A stretch of DNA of 63,670 nt, counting the filler, from Intoshia linei (taxonomy: Eukaryota > Animalia > Orthonectida): assembly GCA_001642005.1 (NCBI GenBank). It is 6 parts of 6 records of this genome, joined end to end, with 100 filler letters (N's around TTAATTAATTAA, not from the genome) between each part and the next. Parts side by side here need not be neighbours in the genome. Positions count along the whole stretch, not along the records: positions 1 to 8,651 come from LWCA01001425.1; positions 8,752 to 36,314 come from LWCA01000431.1; 4 more parts are not named here. One strand, given 5' to 3'. The notes beneath the pieces are model-generated. The model made no database searches, was not told the DNA's origin, and was given only the letters and a program-made list of their open reading frames with translations. Of the stretch, positions 1 through 13,300 are shown in pieces. Every line of letters begins with the position of its first letter. The stretch's first letter is position 1. A program made the translations under genes and the position numbers.

Positions 1-118
1 TATTTTTGAGAAATGTCATATTTTTTTTGAATTTTTGGTCATAAATAAATTGCCCTACTAATTACATAGTAGTGTAGTCATTGTGCCCATAAAATTTTGA
101 ATTTATAAAAATTATACC

Positions 119-2470
119 TGGTATTTTGTCCAAATCAATTGAATCCATAAAATTGATGACTGGATTCAATTTTGATTGTTCCAGTGTAGTCATTTTACTA
201 ATTTCTACAGCGTTTCGAAAGTGAACATAGGAATTTAATTTTTTTCCATCTATTTGACTCAAACCTAAATATAAAAGTCATTAGATGAATGTTTCCTAAC
301 CAGGACAATTTTAATTTAATATTGGGAGATCAGATAATAACTTTGTTCGGTCATGGAACACATTAACCCTAAATAAATCAAGTAAAAATGCTAATATTTT
401 AAATTAAGATACATTAGACCAGTGCTTCCCAAACTTTTTCTACCAGATCATTCCATCTTTTTAAATTATTGAATGATTCAAAAAAAATCATTAGATGTGA
501 AACCGTTATATGTTTATTATGTGTATAATTTTTATAAAATTGATACTTATTTACCATTTCCCATTAGAGCAGTGTTTCTTATAATGGGGTCTTCAATTAA
601 AGAAATCAAATTACCCAATATTTTGTAAAATATTGAATAATTAAAAAATATAATTCAAAGATATTTCTTTCATTTTAATTTGATAAAAAATAATTAACCC
701 CAGAAATTAGCCCCTTCCCGGTAAAAAACACATTTCTCAACAAAAATATTTCATTTTACAAAATGTTAAATTTAATTAAAAACATAAGGATCATAAATAT
801 TGATAACATTCGAATCTACCTTATCGAGACACCTTTTTGGAAATTTCGAAACCAATAATATTTTTGTAAAATTGTGGGCTCATTTTTCCAAATTGAGCAC
901 TTTAAAAAAATATATTTTGACGATTATAATTATAACTATTTTGTATCAAATTTCAACAAAATCCCGTGGATAGACGGCTTGGGTTACATGTATATGATCT
1001 TATAAATTGTTTGAAAAAATATTAGGGTCTATTTATGATTTTCTGTTGGGACTCGAGCATGGTGGGTCTGTTTTGATCCAGTATACACTTTTTTACTAAG
1101 AATTTAAAAATATATTTCAATTTAACAAATTTTTTCAGTTATCTTTAGTTTTTACCATTATGTAATCTTTTGTCCATTAAGTCATTTTTAAAGGGTCTGT
1201 GAAAATATTTTGTTGAAATGTGGTCTGTGGAGTTTTAAGTTTAAAAATTATCCTAAACGTATACTTCGCTACCCTTTGGCGCGCTTTCAGAATATGGTAG
1301 AAATTTCAGCAATTTTTTTTATATTGTAATATTGGCTTTTTGCAAAAATACTTTTTTCTGGATATAGTTTTGAAAATTAATTGATGAAAGCGCGAATAAC
1401 ACCATTTTACCTAACCAACGAACAAAACCATTTTAAACAAACCCTATCGAAGAAATTATATTTGCATCAAAACTAAAAGTATGTTATCTTTTTGGTTGAT
1501 ATATGTGTATTTTTTTCTTTGGATAGGTAAAAGTGGATAACTCAAATGATTTTTAAGATTAAAAAGTGCTGAAAATATCAAGATATATTATTTGTAGTGT
1601 CTCATCAGATACTAACCTACCATATTCGAGCGCCCAAAAAATCAAACGGAAAAGAATATTCCTAAAAAATATCCCTCTTCACGGGCCTGCACTTGAGGTT
1701 TAAATATGACACAAAAATAACGATGAATTTCAAAAATATATAAATATATATTTTTTTAATTGTTCAATTTTGAAAAATGATGGCCAATTCTACAAAAATT
1801 TCGTCGAGGCCCAACGAGCAGTCTTAAGTACGGTATCAAGACTATCTAGACTGTTAAAAGTATCCTACCATCAAAATTTCGATTTTTCACTATTTTTTCT
1901 TTTGCATCTTTTATAAAGGCTCGAAGAGGTACTATTTTTGTTTGATTAATTATATCCATAATAACTGTAGCTAATCTATCTTCCTCTTTCACATTTATCT
2001 AAAAAAATTGACATGAAATGGCGTGCAAGCTGTAAAAATACAATTTGTTCCTGTTCCAATACTTCTTCGCCATTTATAGTTTTTGTAATTTCAATTATTT
2101 CAAATTCATTAGTTGGATCTCCTGAAAACCTTCCTTTAACTCTACGAGCTTTAGATTTAATCTCATCATTAATATCCGTAATTAATCCCCATGTTATAGA
2201 ATCTTTGCTATATATATTGTATTGAAAATAAAATTCAATAAACCTATAAAATATTTTGACAGTGAACAAATCATCATGTTTAATTCCTTCAGCTATATAG
2301 TAATCGTCTTTTATTCCTCTAATAATACCCCAAAAATTAACTTGATCTAATTTATTGTTCTTTTTTAAAATTAAGAGGGATGTCAATAAAGCCGATTGTT
2401 TTTCTATACTTAGAACGATACCGTTTGTCCCAAATTTATCTATATTTTCAGTTAATTTTTCAATGTTCAT
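119..2470 (-). CDS. RSPH9: Radial spoke head protein 9 (multi-exon; last exon outside window)
   Basis: Exons 2470-2244, 2207-~2042, ~1998-1869 and ~264-119 splice to MNIEK...FWGIIRGIKDDYYIAEG...RVKGRFSGDP...VKEEDRLATVIMDI...IVPLRAF...NRNFDGLSQIDGKKLNSYVHFR, which matches RSPH9 motifs. GT-AG introns of 36 and 43 nt plus one TE-filled intron. Confidence 0.9.
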
Positions 2471-2624
2471 ATCGCAATTAATTTTTTTAATGTTTATAAT
2501 TTGTTTCTATGACCTTTTTAAATTATTAAATTTTGTCGCAACTATTTGTTTACAATTTCCACTTAACTATTTACATTTTAAATATTAATAATTTATTTTT
2601 TTAAATTAAACAATTTACAATAAT

Positions 2625-4041
2625 TTATGATAAAAGTTGATTTATTTTACTAATGTACAAATTATAGTTTGCGTAGTAGTATTCACTGTAATGTTTAGTT
2701 TTGGTTATGAAATGTTCAAAAATTAATAAATATATTGATAGGATAACAACTAAAATGAATAAATCTAAAGTCATAACCCGATTCATAATGACATAGAGTT
2801 GTAGAGTATAAAAACCAAACGGTTTTTCATGTCCAATTTTCTAAAATTATTGAGCATTAAATCATAAGTATATACTAACCTGCGGAACATTCGAAAATAT
2901 TATTAATTTTAAGAGGGTATACGTCATTAGAAACCATCTGAAACAAGTGAAATATTTTTCGATAAAAACATCAAATGTCCACACAGAATACTGTAATCTT
3001 TTCCAAAATTTCGAAAATATCTGAATATTTAAAAAAATGTAATATATAATTTAAATAATTTTCTAATTACCCAAAAATTCAAAGAAATTATTGCTAGGTA
3101 TAATATGAGAAAGCAAATTCTGTTTGTACATTTTAAATTTTGACAATCTTTTTCTTTGGTACGGTGTGTAAAATCACGATTACTAATTATATAAATCAAA
3201 TGAATCGACATGACCAATATTAGACATATCAGAGAATCTGTCAGTATAGGATATAGTTCAACTAAAATAAATTTTTAATTTGAATGTGGAAAATAATAGA
3301 TAAATTTTGCTCAACGTAAGTCGACTCAATCCACTTTTATCAACCACACAAGAAAAATACAAATAAATAAAATAAAAATATCAGTTAAATTTATAGAAAT
3401 TTACTTCTACCAAAGTTTTATAATAAAATCCATTATCGGTTTTGATTTAAAATACACTCTGGTTAAAAGGAAATTTCTTTATATTATATTAGGCTAAAAT
3501 GAATCTTACGTTCAGACTGAACGGTTCAGAGATGGATTTTTTCAGTATTGGTAAAACTGAATTATACACATTGTGATAACAAAAATAAAACTTTAATTTA
3601 CAAAAAATTATTTAAAATGTGTATAACAGGATGGTAAAATTGAATCTACTGGGCCGCAATGCGAATTTTTGAGCCCACGAATAAAATATTTTAAAATATA
3701 ATAAACAATAATAAGGGAACCATGAAGGCGTTTGGTGGCACGGTTAACGGTATAAAATAGTATTTTGTACGAAATAAAATTATCACTTCTTATTTACTAG
3801 TTTTGTTAACCTCATAAAATTGTTCATTTCTCGGTTGGCGTTATAAACTTTTTTTAAAAATAAGAATTATATCTTATAAGCGTTAAAAAATTTATGATAA
3901 ATTATACATTATGTAGAATAATTTCCATGGTACATAAATTTCTTTAATAAAACGTTTTATTCTCAAATTCAAAGTCTAAATCAAAATGGCAATCTAAATA
4001 AACAACATGTAAACATATCTAACCTTTATATTTTACTGCCA
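2625..4041 (-). CDS. Putative multi-exon membrane protein, unknown family (5' exons uncertain)
   Basis: Three consecutive open exons (~3261-3070, ~3020-2880, ~2840-2625) join in frame via short GT-AG introns and encode hydrophobic segments (LICLILVMSIHLIYII; ICFLILYLAIISLNFW; LDLFILVVILSIYLLIF). Upstream exons could not be phased cleanly. Confidence 0.4.
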
Positions 4042-4308
4042 TTTGATTGCCTACTATCAATTTGAGATAATTAAATGACATTTTGATACAAATAGTATAT
4101 AACAAATAAATTGTAGTGTAATACAACATTTAATTTTTAATTTAGAATAGTTTGTGCGCTATATATTTTGATTGGTTTTAGTTTATTTACTTTTTTATAT
4201 GTTAATTTCTATAGTGTTTATATTTGTGTTAAATTTATATTACTCAGAAAAAATACGTACTATCAATTTTAGCTTATTTGTGTTACCAGAGAATATTTTT
4301 TTATCCTA

Positions 4309-5832
4309 TCCTAACTCATATTATATGCTACGCGATTATTGTTGGTGTCTGTGTGTGACTTTATTGAAATAACTAGCACTCTTAGAATTTTTTAAAGACA
4401 CATTTCAATTACAGTTTTTTCCGGGACGTATAATAAGATAAATTTCAACCTCCAATTTTACATCTTACAGGTCAAACCCTGTTGTCTCTCTTTTTGAAGA
4501 GCAAACGAGTTGGAGAATTTAAAAAAATATATCAATTGTCCTTCTTTTTGAAATCAAACGAGTTGGAGAATTTAAAAAAAGTATAGTTTTTTTCGGGACA
4601 TATAATAAGATAAATTTCAACCTCCCAATTTCACATCTTACGGGTCAAAAACCCCAGTTGTCCTCTTTTTGAAAATCAAACGAGTTGGAAAATTTAAAAA
4701 AATACATACGCTGATGCGGATTTTAAAATCATAAACATTATCATACATTTCAATTTAAAAAAATTATATCTTCAGGGCCAAAACCACAAATTACCCTTCT
4801 TTTTTTAATGAAAACAGCCCTAGAATTTCAAAAAATTTACAGGTAGTACAGTTGTATCCTGTTAACACACATAAAAAATTTCAATCCAAATGTGACGACA
4901 TCACGGTCAAACAAGCATATTAGTATTAATATATTTTTTTTCCGAAATATTTTATTAAAACAAAAAATGTGAAATAATTAACGGTTCGAAAATTAAAAAA
5001 AAAATTATTCTGATAGATCTTATTCCAATTGATATAAATACAAAATTTTAACCCTAGAAATCTACGCATTCCCTGTGAAAAATAATTTTTAATATATTAT
5101 GAACCAATATTTTTCAAATATTTCGATTAAAATAAAATTGAAAATGTAAATATTGATCATACAATGTCAAAAAAAATGTGCATTGTACGTCTACACATTT
5201 CCAATAAAGACATATGGGTGGAAATCTATATAATTCATTCCTTCGTAATTTTTTTCATTGCTACGCAATTTTTAAATTTCAAATTTTTATTTTAAAACAT
5301 TCCAATTTATATAAGAAACTACAACAACGAAACTAAAAAACTTTTTTAATATCATTGTTATATTACAATACTTTGAAATAATGGTAAAATTCAACTATAA
5401 TGTTTATAAAGTGAAGATTCAATTAATTATTGATACAAAATTGGTATTTTTAAGTATTTATTAAATTGGTATTGAATAAATGACAAAATAGGTTTTTATA
5501 ATTATATTTTTTCTGGAATTTATGCTATTTATGACAATTTTTAGGATTGGACTGTTTTTACTTTATTTTTAATATTATAGACACATTCTGTCTAATAAAT
5601 CAAAAAATGAAAGTTAAAAAATTAAGATGAAATATTTCACTTTAAAGTAAAAAGTAATGTGATATGATGCTTCCACCTGATACAAATTTGGGAACCACTT
5701 CTTTAAAAGATTGATAATAGTGAATAGTAGGATTTTTAAGTTAGATTTTCAACATGAATTTATTTGATATAATAAAAATTGCCTTCACAGAGCTAGGTAC
5801 TCTTTGTACGTAGTACATAACAATCAAGCTAG
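4309..5832 (+). mobile_element. Non-autonomous Helitron, full-length copy H1
   Basis: 5' a|TCCTAACTCATATTATATG followed by a GT-rich tract; 3' TGTAC-GTA-GTACA hairpin then CTAG|t; no TSD; internal ~130-170 bp diverged tandem units; homologous copies elsewhere in the window. Confidence 0.8.
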
Positions 5833-6061
5833 TTCAATTATAAATTCTAATACATGTATTAGTATATTTTTACGATCACGTGATTTTACAATCTTTTGAT
5901 AGTACGCCGATTTTTGTGTATATGTTGTTTTTTTTCACCCAAAAAAAGCAACTCAGTCTAATAAAAAACCCAACCTTTTATAAATTTAATTTAGAATTCC
6001 TAAAATTAACTTAAAATTTAGTAAAAGAATGAAAATTATATGTATTTGGTTATAAATAAAT

Positions 6062-7859
6062 TCATTTCATTGATAGATCTTTCAGTTCTTCTTCTAATAT
6101 TCTTGTTACTTTTACAGCTTGCTCTGCATCCACTCCTCCAATGCTATATGAAAATGTTTAGATTAAGCAAAACATTTATTAAAACTAAAAAACCTTTTCA
6201 AAGCAGCATGTGCAGAATCCCTTACAACTGAAATGAAATCGTTTCGCCTAAATTGGATTATATTAGTTAAAATTTTAAAATGATTGAAAAAATTGATAAC
6301 ATCAAATGATGGTACGTTTTTATATAATTTTATGGATACCACTAATAATTAAAAAATGTTATTATTTTAGAAACTGAAATTAAACTAAACCTCTAAAATA
6401 TTGAAAAAATGAAACTAGATATGTATAACTGTAAAAGTAAATAATGTATAAATGTACCAAATATGTATCAGCCTTGTTATAGCAGGACTGTACTGTAATT
6501 TTCCTAGAGCTAAGCACGCACTTTGTCGAACTAATCTATCGGAATGTTTTGTTAAATTAAGTAGAGACGTGCATATATGGTGGGTTTTAACACCTGTTTT
6601 TGATAAAGATATGATTGCCACTGATATAACATTGGGGTTTGCGTCTTTTAGCAATCTTAGTAAAGATGATATTACCAAATTGCTGTGATATTTTCCTTTT
6701 TTTAAATTTTAATTTGTAGCGAAAATATTTACCTAGCTGTTCAACAACATTAACTCGGAATTGTGATTCTACATCAAAGACTCGTTTTACTGCAATTGCT
6801 TCAGCGATATGTCCACTTATGGTTTCCCAAACTCCATTTGGACTTCCATTATACGTACAAAAATCTTAAAATTAAATATCAATATATTATGTCATGATTA
6901 AACAGTGACGTACCCATAGGTACGCCAAATTATCAAATGTCAAATTATTTTAAGTTGTAACTTGTATGTATTACCAATGAAAGAATTATAACTAACATTA
7001 TCATTTTCAGTTTCGATAACTTCCCCGATAACTTGCTTTGTCCAAGTGAACCCCTCCTGTTCGTTTAATTGAGAAAATGCAACTGAAAAATTTTTCGAAA
7101 AACTTTCGTATAGCTTGTCCCATGAGACATTTTCTTCGGAATTGAAATGTTTAGTCCAATATTCTTGAGCGGAATATTCAATTGTTAGTTGAGATGATGT
7201 TTTAGTCACAGCTCTTCTTCCTCGTAGCCTTATTATTTTAGTTGAATCTAGATTAATATTATACTAAAAAGTATCCATTTGTTTCAAGTAAAAACAAATT
7301 AAAATGGTTTTTTATATTGGCTCATTTTAATTTATATAAAAAAGTATTTTTTACAAAATTTAATCTGTTACTGAATTTACTACTGAATAAAGTAAATCAA
7401 TGAACCTTTAATGGAATGCAACTTACATATCTCACTCCTCGCAATGTTTAAACAAATATTGTGATTGATAAAAATAAATACCGGAAGATTCTTTTCTTGT
7501 TTGAGCCAATTCCTCATCATGTTTGGGTACAATAAAATTTTGTGGTGGTTTTGCTGATGACAACATAACATTAACTTTATCAGTCAAACTTACAATCATT
7601 TCTTGTTGTTTCTTTTTAGGAATTTCATCAAAAATGTAGACCCAATCACATCTCTCCAATTGTAATTTACTAGATAAGCATTTATTAATATTATTCTAAA
7701 ATATGAATTGTACATTCCAACTTTGTGTTTGGCAAATAAATCATCAAATGAAAGTTTTCCAATTGGTAAAATGTCTCGGTCTGAAAAAAAAGCTAATGAT
7801 AGTTCTTCTTGAGAGTTTTTTGATGTAAAAAATTGATGGCTTACAATCGGCATAAACAA
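6062..7859 (-). CDS. TIR-like + EF-hand-like + HEAT-repeat protein (5' partial)
   Basis: Exons encode FMPIVSHQFFTSKNSQEELSLAFFSDRDILPI (TIR betaC-alphaC-betaD-like), EYWTKHFNSEENVSWDKLYESF, and HEAT repeats (LLRLLKDANPNVISVAIISLSK; LLNLTKHSDRLVRQSACLALGKL); ends EEELKDLSMK* at 6062. Confidence 0.7.
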
Positions 7860-7913
7860 CTAAAAGGATAATTATTAAGTGAATTCAAACTTACTTTATT
7901 AATATTTATACAT

Positions 7914-8651
7914 TAGGGTGTGCACTTTTTTAAAGATCAAAAAGTATATTTGCATATAGGTGTATTTTTATATGCTGATCACGAATATGCAAAAAAATTC
8001 ATTTAATTGAAATTTTTTAAGATAAAATTTTAAAATGCATTTTTTTTTATTATTATTGAAACGTGAACATTAGTTTATTATTTAAATTATTAATTAATAT
8101 CATTTTTCTAATACCTCATGTCACAACCAAAAAATACATTTTATCTAGAAAAAAATTAAGATTGGCACGTCCATACGGAATACTTATTAGTGAACCATTA
8201 TTAAGCAGCTCATCAAGATTACCTACAATAAAGAAAATTATGGGAAGATATCATTTTTTACAATTGGAAAATCCAAGAAAATCAAAAGCATACTCTTGTG
8301 ATAAAACTGCAATAGAATTATATGATATCTGGAATAAATTTACACTCGGTCCCACTTCCATTAGGTTTAATAAAATTAAAAATTAGAACTTTGATGAATA
8401 AATACATTTTATATGTTAAAATACTCGTTGTCACCAGCAATTTAAATTAACTTAAAACAGTATCCTTATATTGAGAGATAAAAAAGTGACGATACAAGTT
8501 TCTACAAATGTAGATAAATACAAACGGAGAATGTGGATCATGTTCTAGTAGTGTTTCTGAAACAAATTTGACATCGGAAAAATGCAAATTAAATGTAACT
8601 CTTAATTAATCTGAAGATTGATTTTATTAACAATAATATATAAATAAATAA
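7914..8651 (+). mobile_element. hATm-type DNA transposon left end with N-terminal transposase remnant
   Basis: TAGGGTG terminus at 7914; ORF 8063-8386 has RLPT...ELYDIWNK resembling the N-terminus of hATm-like transposases; cut off by the gap. Confidence 0.5.
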
Positions 8652-8751
8652 NNNNNNNNNNNNNNNNNNNNNNNNNNNNNNNNNNNNNNNNNNNNTTAAT
8701 TAATTAANNNNNNNNNNNNNNNNNNNNNNNNNNNNNNNNNNNNNNNNNNNN
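8652..8751. other. Artificial contig linker (N44-TTAATTAATTAA-N44)
   Basis: 100-nt spacer with stops in all six frames; repeated identically five times in the window. Confidence 0.97.
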
Positions 8752-8864
8752 TATTGCATAAATAACCTATATGGCAACTCAAAAATACCATTATTCGAAG
8801 AAATTAATATTTTTCACATAGTTTTGGGGATGAGTTTACTTCATTATATTTATCTAGTCATTTT

Positions 8865-10314
8865 CAATCTACCCAGAAATAATGAAGATGCAGGTATTAA
8901 CTTTTAAATGCTAAGCATGAAATTCAGAGGATATATACCATAAGAATGGTTTCTTGATTACCCATTTACTGAGTCAAGTCCGTATTGGTATGGATCTGTC
9001 TCGTATATTGCTTCCAACTTTTATATTGGAGAACCGCTCATTGTTAGAAATGTATGCAGACTTTTTGGCCCACACAGATTTTTTCATTTCGTAATATAAA
9101 CATTAATTGTATTCATTTAATTAGAATAGCTCAACAAAAGTCGCCTCAGGATCGCATGATTGCCGTTTTAAAATGGTATGTATCTTCTTTCCATACCGCA
9201 TGGGATGTAAAGGTAGTGAAATGATATACAGGTGCATATGACATATCACTTTAGACGGCAAAAAAACCATATAACCCGATTCTTGGTGAATTTTTTGAGT
9301 GTTCCTACAAGTGTGATGAAACTACAGTAAGTTTTTGAAATAAAATCTTATTTTTAGAAATCAGACCAAGTTTACTTTATATCAGAACAAATTTCCCATC
9401 ATCCACCTGGTAATCGATTAAATTTTTATAACTATGTATACATTTAGTATCAGCTTTTTATGCCGAGAGCTGTGAAAACCACATTTACATTGAAGGCCAC
9501 ATTTGGACAAAATCTAAATTTTACGGATTGAGTGTGGGTGTGGACTTAATTGGTGGAGCTACAATATATCTTAAAGAGTTCAATGAACACTACAAAATTA
9601 GTTTTCCCAGCGCATTTGCAAAGTAATAAAGTGTATTATAAAAATACTCTTTAGGTCTATTTTAACAGTTCCAACCGTTGAAATTGGTGGAGACGTTAAA
9701 ATCGTGTGTCAAGAAACGAATTATAAATCAAAAATAAGTTTTCACCTAAAGGTAACTTTTTTTAATTTGTACACAATTTATATTTCATTAAGCCTTTCTA
9801 TGGAGGAAGTCGACACAGGGTTTCTGCTAAAATTAGCAATATGACAACCAACAAATCGTTTTATATTTTGGATGGTTATTGGAACTCTGTATTTTCCGGT
9901 AAACGTGTACATTTAAATGTAACTGCATATTTATTTTAATTTATTGTGATTTATAGACGAACCATTTTGTTTTTGATACAAAAAATTGTAACACTCATAA
10001 AAAAATTATTAAAAAGGTTAGCCAACAAAAACCCAACGAATCTAGAAAGTTGTGTAGTTTAAAATATTTTTATTGCAAATTTAGTCTTTGGAAAAATGTC
10101 ACGAAAGCTCTTTATCGCAACGATATTGCTCTAGCCACTCAGCATAAATTTGGCCTTGAACAAATACAAAGAGAAGAAGCAAGCTACAGGAAGACAAATT
10201 CTATTAAATGGTTTCCAAAAGTATATTTACGCGGTTTTCTTTTTTGATGCATTTTTTTAGTATTTTACCAAAGAAGCAGATGGTTGGGTTTCCTATATAA
10301 ACAAAATGTCTTGA
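8865..10314 (+). CDS. OSBPL9: Oxysterol-binding protein-related protein 9-like (ORD domain; 5' partial)
   Basis: [71 protein letters not shown]; short GT-AG introns; stop TGA at 10312-10314. Confidence 0.9.
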
Positions 10315-10329
10315 AACGATTTATTTTTA

Positions 10330-13300
10330 TTATATCCAAAATATACACAAATATGCCATAATTATAAAGTGGCCAACAAAATACAATTCTTTCCATGATT
10401 CTATAGTATACCAAAATCCATCAAATGACCCATTTTGCATTTCCATCATTGGGTAGCCCAAATATGTCAGTTGTATTATATTTAATGTTGTGAATAACAC
10501 ATTTATTATATTTTTCAATATTTTCTATAAATTAAATAAATTTTTAAACTTGTAATGTAATTGTATTAGACAGCGACCAATTTATGAAGAGGAAATGTAA
10601 AATTAATAAATCTTAGTTATAGCGTATTGTCCACTGATATATTAACAATAATATTTAAAAATCATTATGGAGTAAGAATTTGTAAAAAGTTCAATTTGGT
10701 TAAATATTTTGTAATTGGACCCATTTATTAGATGTATGATCCGTCTATTTCATTTACCAACAAGTATTAGTTTACTCTGGCAAAACTTTTTTAAATTTTG
10801 ACAAAAAAATAAAACCACTCTTTAACAAGGCTGTAACTATTGATAAATGATCATTTATTTACCGTTTTTAAATTTTTTTCATCTTGATAAAATTTTATGT
10901 GTGATAGTTTACAAGATATTTTCTTCCGAATATCTAAATTGTATATAAATTTTTTGCAAAGGACATATCGAGATATGTGTAACATTCAAACAAGATAGAC
11001 TCAAAAATAGAATTAATGATATATATAAAAACATCCTCTTCTATGTAAATATAATTTTAGTAGTTGGTAATTCATAAAATAACTACAAGTATTTGAAATG
11101 GTTAGACCAATATAAATTTCAATATAAACCTTTTTCGAGAATCATAGATATACCAATCGTTAATAATATCAATGTTATTTTAGCATCAAATCCCTAAATG
11201 TATAACAATATACTATGGTCGATTTCGTATCACGAATCGTCAAGTTTAAACTGAACCCTTCAAATTTTAAAAATATTTAGTTGGGCTCTCGGAAATTAAT
11301 AAATATTTTACGACAGACAAGTTTTATAAAATTGGGATCAACATTGAATATTATCTGACAAATACAATAGAATTTCTGTGTAGCGCAATTTGTTATATAC
11401 CCTATATCAGTGGTGGGCAAACTACAACCCGCGAAATCATGCTTCATACTTATGTTTACATTTAAATTTTGAAATTGATTGTTTACATTGTAAATTTTAC
11501 AACATGGCACATTCCATTTAGATAATTAACTATCTATTTTTGCGCATTAAATAAAATTTTCCTTTCTTAATTTCTTTTAAATAAAATAATTGTATATTTT
11601 TAATTAGATTAAACTAAATGCAATGATATAAAAATTAAATTTTTTGGTTGGTTTTATCAATAGTTGAACAAAAAATTTATTTTTATTATTTATCAATAAT
11701 AGGCTAATTTTTGTTTAAATTTTCTTTTATTGTTTGCATAGATATAATTATAAATACGTACAATTTTGAAACTTATTAATAATTAAAATGCACTCCAAAA
11801 ATAATAATTATTCAAATGGAATTTTGACACTTTAATATTTAAATAAAGCAATCAAATTTACAAGCCAAAATAGAATTTCATCAATTTAAATTGTATCATG
11901 TGTATTCACGATATTTGTGCGGCCCGCATATCAATAAGTTTTCCCACCACTGACCTATATGGAGGTTTTATTGTATATATCATTATAAGAGAAAACTACG
12001 TTTGTTAAATATTTTCCTCGGCTTTTAAATAAGATTTCTATTATAATTATTTTAATACTGAATTTTATTTTGTTGAATATATAAGTTATAACTTATAACC
12101 GATTCACTTCAGTTAAAATTGAAATGTATTAAGTTTAAATTTTCAAAACGGACGTAGAATTTTTTATTATAAAAATAAAAAAAATGGGTTCGCTAGATGC
12201 AAAAGGTTGCCGTTCCTGATGTAACCCAACTAATAATAAATAGTAATAATATAATAGTATACATGTAATGCTGAACTAAAAAAAATAACAGTAATGGCTG
12301 CCATATTTGGTGAGAAATTCATTTTGACTATTAGTGGCTTATATACATCTAAAAATTTAATAATTGTAATTATTTTTAAAGTGATTTCACATAAATCAAA
12401 TATTTACATGTTATTTATGTATATCAGCGCTCCCAACCTCCGATCTGCTCAATATTTCCTTATAAAAACTAATTATAAACAAAACTAATGACACTTATAA
12501 TTAGGCGGATAAATGTATATTACATTATACACGTGTATAATACTTGGTTGAAAAAATTGTTTTCTGTAATTTTTATAATTTAACACAATTAATATTTTAC
12601 GTATAATGATTTATCCGCAAAGTCAAAAGGTTGAGAACGGATTCTATAAACCATACAATTCTTATAAAATTGATTTAATGGACGGTTCCAATTAATAACA
12701 GCATGAGACATTGAGATAGGAAATTCTATTGACAAAATTGATACCGTTTTCAATCGTCTATTGGTACTAATAAAAAGGAGCACCTCTCCAAGATAATTAA
12801 CAAAGTAAGCACTGAATCTATAAGATTGAACCATAAAATAAACCTTTACAAGTTTTAAGCTAAAATTAAAAGTAATCCACAAGATTTAGTATACATATAT
12901 GATAGTTCATCATTAGAATGATAATGTATAATTTGAGGTATGCAACTTGAGTAAATGTACAATATATAGATTAGCACCATGTAATGCACAATTTTAAAAA
13001 AGTATTTATGCTTAATTTAAAATTAATATTTACAAAAATTTTGAATTACATTAATCTGTTTAAAATGCAAATTTGTACAAAGAGGTCCAAAAATAAAAGT
13101 AGATGGATTCATATAGTAATTTAAGCTACTGTACATGGTTTGTTCTTTTATAATGACAATATCACAAAATTTAATCACTATCAACATGATGAGACCTAAA
13201 TTAAGTGATAATAGAACTAATCATTTAAATAAAACCTCGTACTGTGGTCCAATCAGTAAAATTGGAAAATTGACTAAATAAAATAAAGACATTATACAAA

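Noticed and set aside
4400-4900. Repeat-spacer-like pattern suggestive of a CRISPR array
   Set aside because: Units are long, degenerate tandem repeats inside a Helitron, with no unique spacers or cas genes, in eukaryotic intron-containing DNA.
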